64,000 bases of DNA, taken from contig JBNRSN020000089.1 of assembly GCA_051313645.2 (NCBI GenBank), positions 2,976,001-3,040,000 of the forward strand, written 5' to 3'. Of this stretch, positions 45,301 to 59,390 are shown in pieces. A program made the position numbers and the translations under genes. The notes beneath the pieces were generated by a model. That model saw nothing but the letters and a program-made list of their open reading frames with translations, ran no database searches and had not been told where the DNA came from. This DNA comes from Centroscyllium fabricii. Taxonomy: Eukaryota. The stretch's first letter is position 1. The number at the start of each line of letters is the position of its first letter.

Positions 45301-48300
45301 AGACAATATCCATCTGTGTACAATACATCAAACAATATCCATCTATGTACAATAAAACAGAAAATGTCCATCTGTGTACAATACATCAGAAAGTATCCAT
45401 CTGTGTACAGTACATCAGAAAATGTCCATCTGTGTACAATACATCAGACAATATCCATCTGTGTACAATACATCAGACAATATCCATCTGTGCACAGTAC
45501 ATCAGACAATGTCCATCTGTGTACAATACATCAGACAATATCCATCTGTGTACAATACATCAGACAATGTCCATCTGTGAACAATACATCAGACAATGTC
45601 CATCTGTGCTCAATACATCAGACATTATCCATCTGTGTGCATTACATCAGACAATATCCATCTGTGTACAATACATCAGATAATGTCCATCTGTGTACAT
45701 TCCATCAGACAATATCCATCTGTGTACAAGACATCGGAGAATGTCCATCTGTGTATAGTACATCAGACACTATCTATCTGTGAACAATACATCAGACAAT
45801 GTCCAACTGTGTATAACACATCAGACAATATCCAGCTGTGTAGAATATATCAGACAATGTCCATCTGTGAACAATACATCAGAGAATGTCCATCTGTGTA
45901 CAATACATCAGACAATGTCCATCTGTGTACAATACATCAGACAATATGCGCCTGTGTACAATACATCAGACAATGTCCATCTGTGTACAATACATCAGAC
46001 ATTGTCCATCTGTGAACAATATATCAGACAATATACATCTGTGTACAATAGATCAGCCAATGTTCATCTGTGTGCAATACATCAGACAATATCCATCTGT
46101 GAACAATATATCAGACTTTATCCATCTGTGTACAATACATCAGACATTGACCATCTGTGAACAATACATCAGACATTATCCATCTGTGTACAATACATCA
46201 GACAATATCCATCTGTGTACAATATATCAGAGAATGTCCAACTGTGAACAATACATCAGACAATGTCCATTTGTGTACAATACATCAGACATTATCCACC
46301 TGTGAACAATACATCAGACAATATCCATCTGTGTTCAATACATCAGACATTATCCATCTGTGTACAATACATCAGACATTATCCATCTGTGAACAATACA
46401 TCAGACAATGTCCATCTATGTACAATACATCAGACAATATCCAGCTGTGTAGAACATATCAGACAATTTCCATCTGTGAACAATACATCAGAGAATGACC
46501 TTCTGTGTACAATACATCAGACAATGGCCATCTGTATACAATACATCAGACAATATGCACCTATGTACAATACATCAGACAATATCCATATGTGTACAAT
46601 ACATCAGACAATGTCCATCTGTGGACAATACATCAGACAATATCCATCTGTGTACAATACATCAGACAATGTCCATCTATGTACAATACATCAGACAATG
46701 ACCATCTGTGTACAATACATCAGACAAATGTCCATCTGTATACAATACATCAGACAATATCCATCTGTGAACAATATATCAGACAGTGTCCATCTGTGCA
46801 CAATAAATCAGACAATATCCACCTTTGTACAATACATCAACCAATGTCCATCTGTGAACAATATATAAGACAATATCCAGCTGTGTACAATATATCAGAA
46901 AAATATCCATCTGTGTACAAGACAACTGACAATATCCATCAGTGTACAATACATCAGACAATTTCCACCTGTGTATAATACACCAGACAATATCCATCTG
47001 TGAACAATATATCAGAACATGTCCATCTGTGCACAATACATAAGACATTATCAATCTGTGTACAATACATCAGACATTATCCATCTTTGTAGAATACTTC
47101 AGACAATATCCATCTCTGTATAATACATCAGAAAATGTCCATCTGTGTACAATACATCAGACATTATCCATCTGTGAACAATACATCAGACAATATCCAT
47201 CTGTGTACAAAAATTCAGACAATATCCAACTGTGTACAATACATCAGAAAATGTCCATCTATGTACAATACATCAGACAATATCCATATGTGTACAATAC
47301 ATCAGATATTATCCATTCCTGAACAATACATCAGACATTATCCATCTGTGTACAATACATCAGACATTGACCTTCTTTGAACAATACATCAGACATTATC
47401 CATCTGTGTACAATACATCAGACAATATCCATCTGTGTACAATATATCAGGGAATGTCCATCTGCGAACAATACATCAGACAATGTCCATCTGTGTACAA
47501 TACATCAGACATTATCCATCTGTGAACAATACATCAGACAATATCCATCTGTGTTCAACACATCAGACATTATCCATCTGTGTACAATACATCAGACATT
47601 ATCCATCTGTGAACAATACATCAGACAATATCCATCTGTGTACAATACATCAGACAAATGTCCATCTGTGTACAATACATCAGACAATATCCATCTGTGT
47701 ACAATACATCAGACAATGTCCATCTGTGTACAATATATCAGACAATATCCATCTGTGAATAATACATTAAAAATGTCCATCTGTGTACAATACATCAGAC
47801 ATTATCCATCTGTGAACAATATATCAGACAATATCCATCTGTGTACAATACATCAGACAATATCCAGCTGTGCACAATACATCAGAAAATGTCCATCTGT
47901 GTACAATACATCAGACAATATCCATCTGTGTACAATACATCAGCCATTATCGATCTGCGAACAATAGAGCAGATATTATCCATCTGTGTACAATAAATCA
48001 GACATTGTCCAACTGTGAACAATACATCAGACATTATCCATCTGTGTACATTACATCAGACAATATCCATCTGTGTACAATAAATCAGATAATGTCCATC
48101 TGTGTTCATTCCATCAGACAATATCCATCTGTGTACAATACATCGGAGAATGTCCATCGGTGTAGAGTACATCAGACAATATCCATCTGTGAACAATACG
48201 TCAGACAATGTCCATCTGTGTACAATACATCAAACAATATCCAGCTGTGTAGAATACATCAGACAATGTCCATCTGTGAACAATACATCAGAGAATATCC

Positions 48301-48400
48301 ATCTGTGTACAATAAATCAGACAATGTCCATCTGTGTACAATACATCAGACAATATGCACCTGTGTACAATACATCAGACAATGTCCATCTGTGTACAAT
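24360..48400 (+). repeat. Higher-order repeat domain, 6761-bp unit (about 233 monomers), about 3.5 copies including one internally shortened copy
   Basis: Offset 6761 for 24364/31125, 25168/31929, 32258/39019/45780, 33613/40374/47135 and 35385/42146. Offset 3456 for 28802/32258 and 31929/35385. Nested 1191-bp duplication at 25168/26359, 35385/36576 and 42146/43337. Ends approximate. Confidence 0.88.
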
Positions 48401-51400
48401 ACATCAGACATTGTCCATCTGTGAACAATATATCAGACAATATCCATCTGTGTACAATACATCAGACAATGTCCATCTGTGCACAATACATCCGACAACG
48501 ACCATCTGTGTACAATACATCAGACAAATGTCCATCTGTGTACAATACATCAGACAATATCCATCTGTGAACAATACATCAGACAGTGTCCATCTGTGTA
48601 CAATAAATCAGACAATATCCACCTTTGTACAATACATCAGACAATGTCCATCTGTGAACAATACATCAGACAATATCCAGCTGTGTACAATATATCAGAA
48701 AAATATCCATCTGTGTACAATACATCAGACAATATCCATCAGTGTACAATATATCAGACAATTTCCACCTGTGTACAATACATCAGACAATATCCATCTG
48801 TGAACAATATATCAGAAAATTTCCATCTGTGCACAATACATAAGACATTATCAATCTGTGTACAATACATCAGACATTATCCATCTGTGTAGAATACATC
48901 AGACAATATCCATCTCTGTATAATACATCAGAAAATGTCCATCTGTGTACAATACATCAGGCATTATCCATCTGTGAACAATACATCAGACAATATCAAT
49001 CTGTGTACAAAAATTCAGACAATATCCAACTGTGTACAATACATCAGAAAATGTCCATCTGTGTACAATACATCAGACAATATCCATATGTGTAAAATAC
49101 ATCAGACTTTATCCATCTGTGAACAATACATCAGACATTATCCATCTGTGTACAATACATCAGACATTGTCCATTTGTGAACAATACATCAGACATTATC
49201 CATCTGTGTACAATACATCAGACAATATCCATCTGTGTACAATACATCAGAGAATGTCCATCTGTGAACAACATATCAGACAATATCCATCTGTGTAGAA
49301 TACATCAGAAAATGTCCATCTGTGAACAATACATAAGACATTATCCATCTGTGAACAATAATTCAGACAATGTCCATCTGTGCACAATACATCAGACAAT
49401 ATCCATCTGTGTACAATACATCAGACAATGTCCATCTGTGAACAATATATCAGACAATGTCCATCTGTGGACAATATATCATACAATATCCAGCTGTGTA
49501 CAATACATCCTAAAAATATTCATCTGTGTACAATACATCAGACAATATCAATCAGTGTACAATACATCAGGCAATTTCCACCTGTGTACAATACATCAGA
49601 CAATATCCATCTGTGAACAATATATCAGAAAATGTCCATCTGTGCACAATACATAAGACATTATCAATCTGTGTACAATACATCAGACATTATCCATTTG
49701 TTTAGAATACTTCAGACAATATCCATCTCTGTATAATACATCAGAAAATGTCCATCTGTGTACAATACATCAGACAATATACATCTGTGAACAATACATC
49801 AGACAATATCCATCTGTGTACAAAAAATCAGGCAATATCCAACTGTTTACAATACATCAGAAAATGTCCATCTGTGTACAATACATCAGACATTATCCAT
49901 CTGTGAACAATACATCAGACATTATCCATCTGTGTACAATATATCAGACATTGTCCGTCTGTGAACAATACATCAGACATTATCCATCTGTGTACAATAC
50001 ATCAGACAATATCCATCTGTGTACAATACATCAGAGAATGTCCATCTGTGAACAATACATCAGACAATATCCGTCTGTGTAAAATACATCAGAAAATGTC
50101 CATCTGTGAACAATATATAAGACATTATCCATCTGTGTACAATACATCAGACATTATCCATCTGTGTACAATACATGATAAAATGTCCATCTGTGTGCAA
50201 TCCATCAGACAATATCCATCTGTGTACAATACATCAGAGAATGTCCATCTGTGCACAATATATCAGACATTGTCCCTCTATGTACAATACATCAGACAAT
50301 GTCCATCTGTGAACAATACATCAGACAATGTCCACCTGTGTACAATACATCAGACAATGTCCATCTGTGTACAATATTTCAGACAATGACCATCTGTGAA
50401 CAATACATCAGACAATATTCATCTGTGTACAATACATCAGACAATGCCCATCTGTGTACAATACATCAGACAATGTCCATCTGTGAACAATACATCAGAC
50501 AATGTCCATCTGTGTACAATACATCAGACATTGTCCATCTGTGTACAATACATCAGACATTCCATCTTTGTACAAGACATCAGAAAATGTCCATCTGTGT
50601 ACAATGCATCAGACAATGTCCTCTGTGAACAATACATCAGACAATATCCATCTGTGTACAAAATATCAGACATTGTCCATCTGTGAACAATACATAAGAC
50701 AATATCCATCTGTGTACAATACATCAGACATTGTCCCTCTGTGTACAATACATCAGACAATGTCCATCTGTGAACAATACATCAGACAATGTCCATCTGT
50801 GTACAATACATCAGACAATGTCCATCTGTGAACAATACATCAGACAATATCCATCTGTGTACAATACATCAGTCAATGTCCATCTGTGAACAATACATCA
50901 GACAATGTCCATCTGTGAACAATAGATCAGACATTGTCCATCTGTGTACAATACATCAGAGATTGTCCATCTGTGTACAATACATCAGACATTGTCCATC
51001 TGTGTACAATACATCAGACAATATCCATCTGTGTACAATACATTAGACAATGTCCATCTGTGAACAATACATCAGACAATGTTCATCTGTGAACAATACA
51101 TCAGACAATGTCCATCTGTGTACAATATATCAGACTATATCCATCTGTGATCATTACATCAGACAATGTCCATCTGTGTACAATATATCAGAAAAATTCC
51201 ATCTGTGAACAATCCATAAGAAAATATCCATCTGTGTACAGTACATCAGACAATGTGCATCTGTGTACAATACATCAGATAATGTCCATCTGTGAACAAT
51301 ACATAAGACATTATCTATCTGTGTACAATACATCAGACTATGTCCATTTGTGAACAAAACATCAGGCAATATACCATCTGTGAACAATACATCAGACAAT

Positions 51401-54400
51401 ATCCAACTGTGTACAATACATCAGAAAATGTCCATCTGTGTACAATACATCAGACAATATCCATATGTGTACAATACATCAGACTTTATCCATCTGTGAA
51501 CAATACATCAGACATTATCCATCTGTGTACAATACATCAGACATTGTCCATCTGTGAACAATACATCAGACAATATCCATCTGTGTACAATACATCCGAC
51601 AATATCCATCTGTGTACAATACATCAGAGAATGTCCATCTGTGAACAACACATCAGACAATATCCATCTGTGTAGAATACATCAGAAAATGTCCATCTGT
51701 GAACAATACATAAGACATTATCCATCTGTGTACAATATATCAGACGTTATCCATCTGTGAACAATACATGAGAAAATGTACATCTGTGTGCAATCCATCA
51801 GACAATATCCATGTGTGTACAATACATCAGAGAATGTCCATCTGTGTACAATACATCAGACATTATCATTCTGTGAACAATAATTCAGACAATGTCCATC
51901 TGTGCACAATACATCAGACAATATCCATCTGTGTACAATACATCAGACAATGTCCATCTGTGAACAATATATCAGACAATGTCCATCTGTGGACAATATA
52001 TCATACAATATCCAGCTGTGTACAATACATCCTAAAAATGTTCATCTGTGTACAATACATCAGACAATATCAATCAGTGTACAATACATCAGACAATTTC
52101 CACCTGTGTACAATACATCAGACAATATCCATCTGTGAACAATATATCAGAAAATGTCCATCTGTGCACAATACATAAGACATTATCAATCTGTGTACAA
52201 TACATCAGACAATTTCCATCTGTGTAGAATACATCAGACAATATCCATCTCTGTATAATACATCAGAAAATGTCCATCTGTGTACAATACATCAGACATT
52301 ATACATCTGTGAACAATACATCAGACAATATCCATCTGTGTACAAAAAATCAGACAATATCCAACTGTGTACAATACATCAGAAAATGTCCATCTGTGTA
52401 CAATACATCAGACATTATCCATCTGTGAACAATACATCAGACATTATCCATCTGTGTACAATATATCAGACATTGTCCGTCTGTGAACAATACATCAGAT
52501 ATTATCCATCTGTGTACAATACATCAGACAATATCCATCTGTGTACAATACATCAGAGAATGTCCATCTGTGAACAATAAATCAGACAATATCCATCTGT
52601 GTAAAATACATCAGAAAATGTCCATCTGTGAACAATATATAAGACATTATCCACCTGTGTACAATACATCAGACATTATCCATCTGTGTACAATACATGA
52701 TAAAATGTCCATCTGTGTGCAATCCATCAGACAATATCCATCTGTGTACAATACATCAGAGAATGTCCATCTGTGTACAATATATCAGACATTGTCCCTC
52801 TATGTACAATACATCAGACAATGTCCATCTGTGTACAATACATCAGATATTATCCATCTGTGAACAATACATCAGACAATATCCATCTGTGTTCAACACA
52901 TCAGACATTATCCATCTGTGTACAATACATCAGACATTATCTATCTGTGAACAATACATCAGACAATATCCATCTGTGTACAATACATCAGACAAATGTC
53001 CATCTGTGTACAATACATCAGACAATATCCATCTGTGTACAATACATCAGACAATGTCCATCTGTGTACAATATATCAGACAATATCCATCTGTGAATAA
53101 TACATTAAAAAATGTCCATCTGTGTACAATACATCAGACATTATCCATCTGTGAACAATATATCAGACAATATCCATCTGTGTACAATACATCAGACAAT
53201 ATCCATCTGTGCACAATACATCAGAAAATGTCCATCTGTGTACAATACATCAGACAATATCCATCTGTGTACAATACATCAGCCATTATCGATCTGCGAA
53301 CAATAGAGCAGATATTATCCATCTGTGTACAATAAATCAGACATTGTCCAACTGTGAACAATACATCAGACATTATCCATCTGTGTACATTACATCAGAC
53401 AATATCCATCTGTGTACAATAAATCAGATAACGTCCATCTGTGTTCATTCCATCAGACAATATCCATCTGTGTACAATACATCGGAGAATGTCCATCGGT
53501 GTAGAGTACATCAGACAATATCCATCTGTGAACAATACGTCAGACAATGTCCATCTGTGTACAATACATCAAACAATATCCAGCTGTGTAGAATACATCA
53601 GACAATGTCCATCTGTGAACAATACATCAGAGAATATCCATCTGTGTACAATAAATCAGACAATGTCCATCTGTGTACAATACATCAGACAATATGCACC
53701 TGTGTACAATACATCAGACAATGTCCATCTGTGTACAATACATCAGACATTGTCCATCTGTGAACAATATATCAGACAATATCCATCTGTGTACAATACA
53801 TCAGACAATGTCCATCTGTGCACAATACATCCGACAACGACCATCTGTGTACAATACATCAGACAAATGTCCATCTGTGTACAATACATCAGACAATATC
53901 CATCTGTGAACAATACATCAGACAGTGTCCATCTGTGTACAATAAATCAGACAATATCCACCTTTGTACAATACATCAGACAATGTCCATCTGTGAACAA
54001 TACATCAGACAATATCCAGCTGTGTACAATATATCAGAAAAATATCCATCTGTGTACAATACATCAGACAATATCCATCAGTGTACAATATATCAGACAA
54101 TTTCCACCTGTGTACAATACATCAGACAATATCCATCTGTGAACAATATATCAGAAAATTTCCATATGTGCACAATACATAAGACATTATCAATCTGTGT
54201 ACAATACATCAGACATTATCCATCTGTGTAGAATACATCAGACAATATCCATCTCTGTATAATACATCAGAAAATGTCCATCTGTGTACAATACATCAGG
54301 CATTATCCATCTGTGAACAATACATCAGACAATATCAATCTGTGTACAAAAATTCAGACAATATCCAACTGTGTACAATACATCAGAAAATGTCCATCTG

Positions 54401-57400
54401 TGTACAATACATCAGACAATATCCATATGTGTACAATACATCAGACTTTATCCATCTGTGAACAATACATCAGACATTATCCATCTGTGTACAATACATC
54501 AGACATTGTCCATCTGTGAACAATACATCAGACATTATCCATCTGTGTACAATACATCAGACAATATCCATCTGTGTACAATACATCAGAGAATGTCCAT
54601 CTGTGAACAACACATCAGACAATATCCATCTGTGTAGAATACATCAGAAAATGTCCATCTGTGAACAATACGTAAGACATTATCCATCTGTGTACAATAC
54701 ATCAGACGTTATCCATCTGTGAACAATACATGAGAAAATGTACATCTGTGTGCAATCCATCAGACAATATCCATGTGTGTACAATACATCAGAGAATGTC
54801 CATCTGTGTACAGTACATCAGACATTATCCATCTGTGAACAATAATTCAGACAATGTCCATCTGTGCACAATACATCAGACAATATCCATCTGTGTACAA
54901 TACATCAGACAATGTCCATCTGTGAACAATATATCAGACAATGTCCATCTGTGGACAATATATCATACAATATCCAGCTGTGTACAATATATCCTAAAAA
55001 TATTCATCTGTTTACAATACATCAGACAATATCAATCAGTGTACAATACATCAGACAATTTCCACCTGTGTACAATACATCAGACAATATCCATCTGTGA
55101 ACAATATATCAGAAAATGTCCATCTGTGCACAATACATAAGACATTATCAATCTGTGTACAATACATCAGACATTATCCATCTGTTTAGAATACTTCAGA
55201 CAATATCCATCTCTGTATAATACATCAGAAAATGTCCATCTGTGTACAATACATCAGACAATATACATCTGTGAACAATACATCAGACAATATCCATCTG
55301 TGTACAAAAAATCAGACAATATCCAACTGTGTACAATACATCAGAAAATGTCCATCTGTGTACAATACATCAGACATTATCCATCTGTGAACAATACATC
55401 AGACATTATCCATCTGTGTACAATATATCAGACATTGTCCGTCTGTGAACAATACATCAGACATTATCCATCTGTGTACAATACATCAGACAATATCCAT
55501 CTGTGTACAATACATCAGAGAATGTCCATCTGTGAACAATACATCAGACAATATCCGTCTGTGAAAAATACATCAGAAAATGTCCATCTGTGAACAATAT
55601 ATAAGACATTATCCATCTGTGTACAATACATCAGACATTATCCATCTGTGTACAATACATGATAAAATGTCCATCTGTGTGCAATCCATCAGACAATATC
55701 CATCTGTGTACAATACATCAGAGAATGTCCATCTGTGTACAATATATCAGACATTGTCCCTCTATGTACAATACATCAGACAATGTCCATCTGTGAACAA
55801 TACATCAGACAATGTCCACCTGTGTACAATACATCAGACAATGTCCATCTGTGTACAATATTTCAGACAATGACCATCTGTGAACAATACATCAGACAAT
55901 ATTCATCTGTGTACAATACATCAGACAATGTCCATCTGTGTACAATACATCAGACAATGTCCATCTGTGAACAATACATCAGACAATGTCCATCTGTGTA
56001 CAATACATCAGACATTGTCCATCTGTGTACAATACATCAGACATTCCATCTTTGTACAAGACATCAGAAAATGTCCATCTGTGTACAATGCATCAGACAA
56101 TGTCCTCTGTGAACAATACATCAGACAATATCCATCTGTGTACAAAATATCAGACATTGTCCATCTGTGAACAATACATAAGACAATATCCATCTGTGTA
56201 CAATACATCAGACATTGTCCCTCTGTGTACAATACATCAGACAATGTCCATCTGTGAACAATACATCAGACAATGTCCATCTGTGTACAATACATCAGAC
56301 AATGTCCATCTGTGAACAATACATCAGACAATATCCATCTGTGTACAATACATCAGTCAATGTCCATCTGTGAACAATACATCAGACAATGTCCATCTGT
56401 GAACAATAGATCAGACATTGTCCATCTGTGTACAATACATCAGAGATTGTCCATCTGTGTACAATACATCAGACATTGTCCATCTGTGTACAATACATCA
56501 GACAATATCCATCTGTGTACAATATATTAGACAATGTCCATCTGTGAACAATTCATCAGACAATGTTCATCTGTGAACAATACATCAGACAATGTCCATC
56601 TGTGTACAATACATCAGACTATATCCATCTGTGATCATTACATCAGACAATGTCCATCTGTGTACAATATATCAGAAAAATTCCATCTGTGAACAATCCA
56701 TAAGAAAATATCCATCTGTGTACAGTACATCAGACAATGTGCATCTGTGTACAATACATCAGATAATGTCCATCTGTGAACAATACATAAGACATTATCT
56801 ATCTGTGTACAATACATCAGACTATGTCCATTTGTGAACAAAACATCAGGCAATATACCATCTGTGAACAATACATCAGACAATATCCAACTGTGTACAA
56901 TACATCAGAAAATGTCCATCTGTGTACAATACATCAGACAATATCCATATGTGTACAATACATCAGACTTTATCCATCTGTGAACATTACATCAGACATT
57001 ATCCATCTGTGTACAATACATCAGACATTGTCCATCTGTGAACAATACATCAGACATTATCCATCTGTGTACAATACATCCGACAATATCCATCTGTGTA
57101 CAATACATCAGAGAATGTCCATCTGTGAACAACACATCAGACAATATCCATCTGTGTAGAATACATCAGAAAATGTCCATCTGTGAACAATACATAAGAC
57201 ATTATCCATCTGTGTACAATACATCAGACGTTATCCATCTGTGAACAATACATGAGAAAATGTACATCTGTGTGCAATCCATCAGACAATATCCATGTGT
57301 GTACAATACATCAGAGAATGTCCATCTGTGTACAATACATCAGACATTATCATTCTGTGAACAATAATTCAGACAATGTCCATCTGTGCACAATACATCA

Positions 57401-59390
57401 GACAATATCCATCTGTGTACAATACATCAGACAATGTCCATCTGTGAACAATATATCAGACAATGTCCATCTGTGGACAATATATCATACAATATCCAGC
57501 TGTGTACAATACATCCTAAAAATGTTCATCTGTGTACAATACATCAGACAATATCAATCAGTGTACAATACATCAGACAATTTCCACCTGTGTACAATAC
57601 ATCAGACAATATCCATCTGTGAACAATATATCAGAAAATGTCCATCTGTGCACAATACATAAGACATTATCAATCTGTGTACAATACATCAGACATTATC
57701 CATCTGTGTAGAATACATCAGACAATATCCATCTCTGTATAATACATCAGAAAATGTCCATCTGTGTACAATACATCAGACATTATACATCTGTGAACAA
57801 TACATCAGACAATATCCATCTGTGTACAAAAAATCAGACAATATCCAACTGTGTACAATACATCAGAAAATGTCCATCTGTGTACAATACATCAGACATT
57901 ATCCATCTGTGAACAATACATCAGACATTATCCATCTGTGTACAATATATCAGACATTGTCCGTCTGTGAACAATACATCAGATATTATCCATCTGTGTA
58001 CAATACATCAGACAATATCCATCTGTGTACAATACATCAGAGAATGTCCATCTGTGAACAATACATCAGACAATATCCATCTGTGTAAAATACATCAGAA
58101 AATGTCCATCTGTGAACAATATATAAGACATTATCCACCTGTGTACAATACATCAGACATTATCCATCTGTGTACAATACATGATAAAATGTCCATCTGT
58201 GTGCAATCCATCAGACAATATCCATCTGTGTACAATACATCAGAGAATGTCCATCTGTGTACAATATATCAGACATTGTCCCTCTATGTACAATACATCA
58301 GACAATGTCCATCTGTGAACAATACATCAGACAATGTCCATCTGTGTACAATACATCAGACAATGTCCATCTGTGTACAATATTTCAGACAATGACCATC
58401 TGTGAACAATACATCAGACAATATTCATCTGTGTACAATACATCAGACAATGTCCATCTGTGTACAATACATCAGACAATGTCCATCTGTGAACAATACA
58501 TCAGACAATGTCCATATGTGTACAATACATCAGACATTGTCCATCTGTGTACAATACATCAGACATTCCATCTTTGTACAAGACATCAGAAAATGTCCAT
58601 CTGTGTACAATGCATCAGACAATGTCCTCTGTGAACAATACATCAGACAATATCCATCTGTGTACAAAATATCAGACATTGTCCATCTGTGAACAATACA
58701 TAAGACAATATCCATCTGTGTACAATACATCAGACATTGTCCCTCTGTGTACAATATATCAGACAATGTCCATCTGTGAACAATACATCAGACAATGTCC
58801 ATCTGTGTACAATACATCAGACAATGCCCATCTGTGAACAATACATCAGACAATAACCATCTGTGTACAATACATCAGTCAATGTCCATCTGTGAACAAT
58901 ACATCAGACAATGTCCATCACTGAACAATATATCAGACATTGTCCATCTGTGTACAATACATCAGAGATTGTCCATCTGTGTACAATACATCAGACATTG
59001 TCCATCTGTGTACAATACATCAGACAATATCCATCTGTGTACAATATATTAGACAATGTCCATCTGTGAACAATATATCAGACAATGTTCATCTGTGAAC
59101 AATATATCAGACAATGTCCATCTGTGTACAATACATCAGACTATATCCATCTGTGATCATTACATCAGACAATGTCCATCTGTGTACAATATATCAGAAA
59201 AATTCCATCTGTGAACAATCCATAAGAAAATATACATCTGTGTACATTACATCAGACAATGTGCATCTGTGTACAATACATCAGATAATGTCCATCTGTG
59301 AACAATACATAAGACATTATCTATCTGTGTACAATACATAAGACTATGTCCATTTGTGAACAAAACATCAGACAATATACAATCTGTGAA
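47485..59390 (+). repeat. Higher-order repeat domain, 5339/5484-bp unit with a nested 2522-bp unit
   Basis: Offsets 47870/53209 and 48935/54274 (5339), 49380/54864 and 51768/57252 (5484 = 5339 + 5x29), and 49380/51902, 54730/57252 and 55735/58257 (2522 = 87x29 - 1). Ends approximate. Confidence 0.85.
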
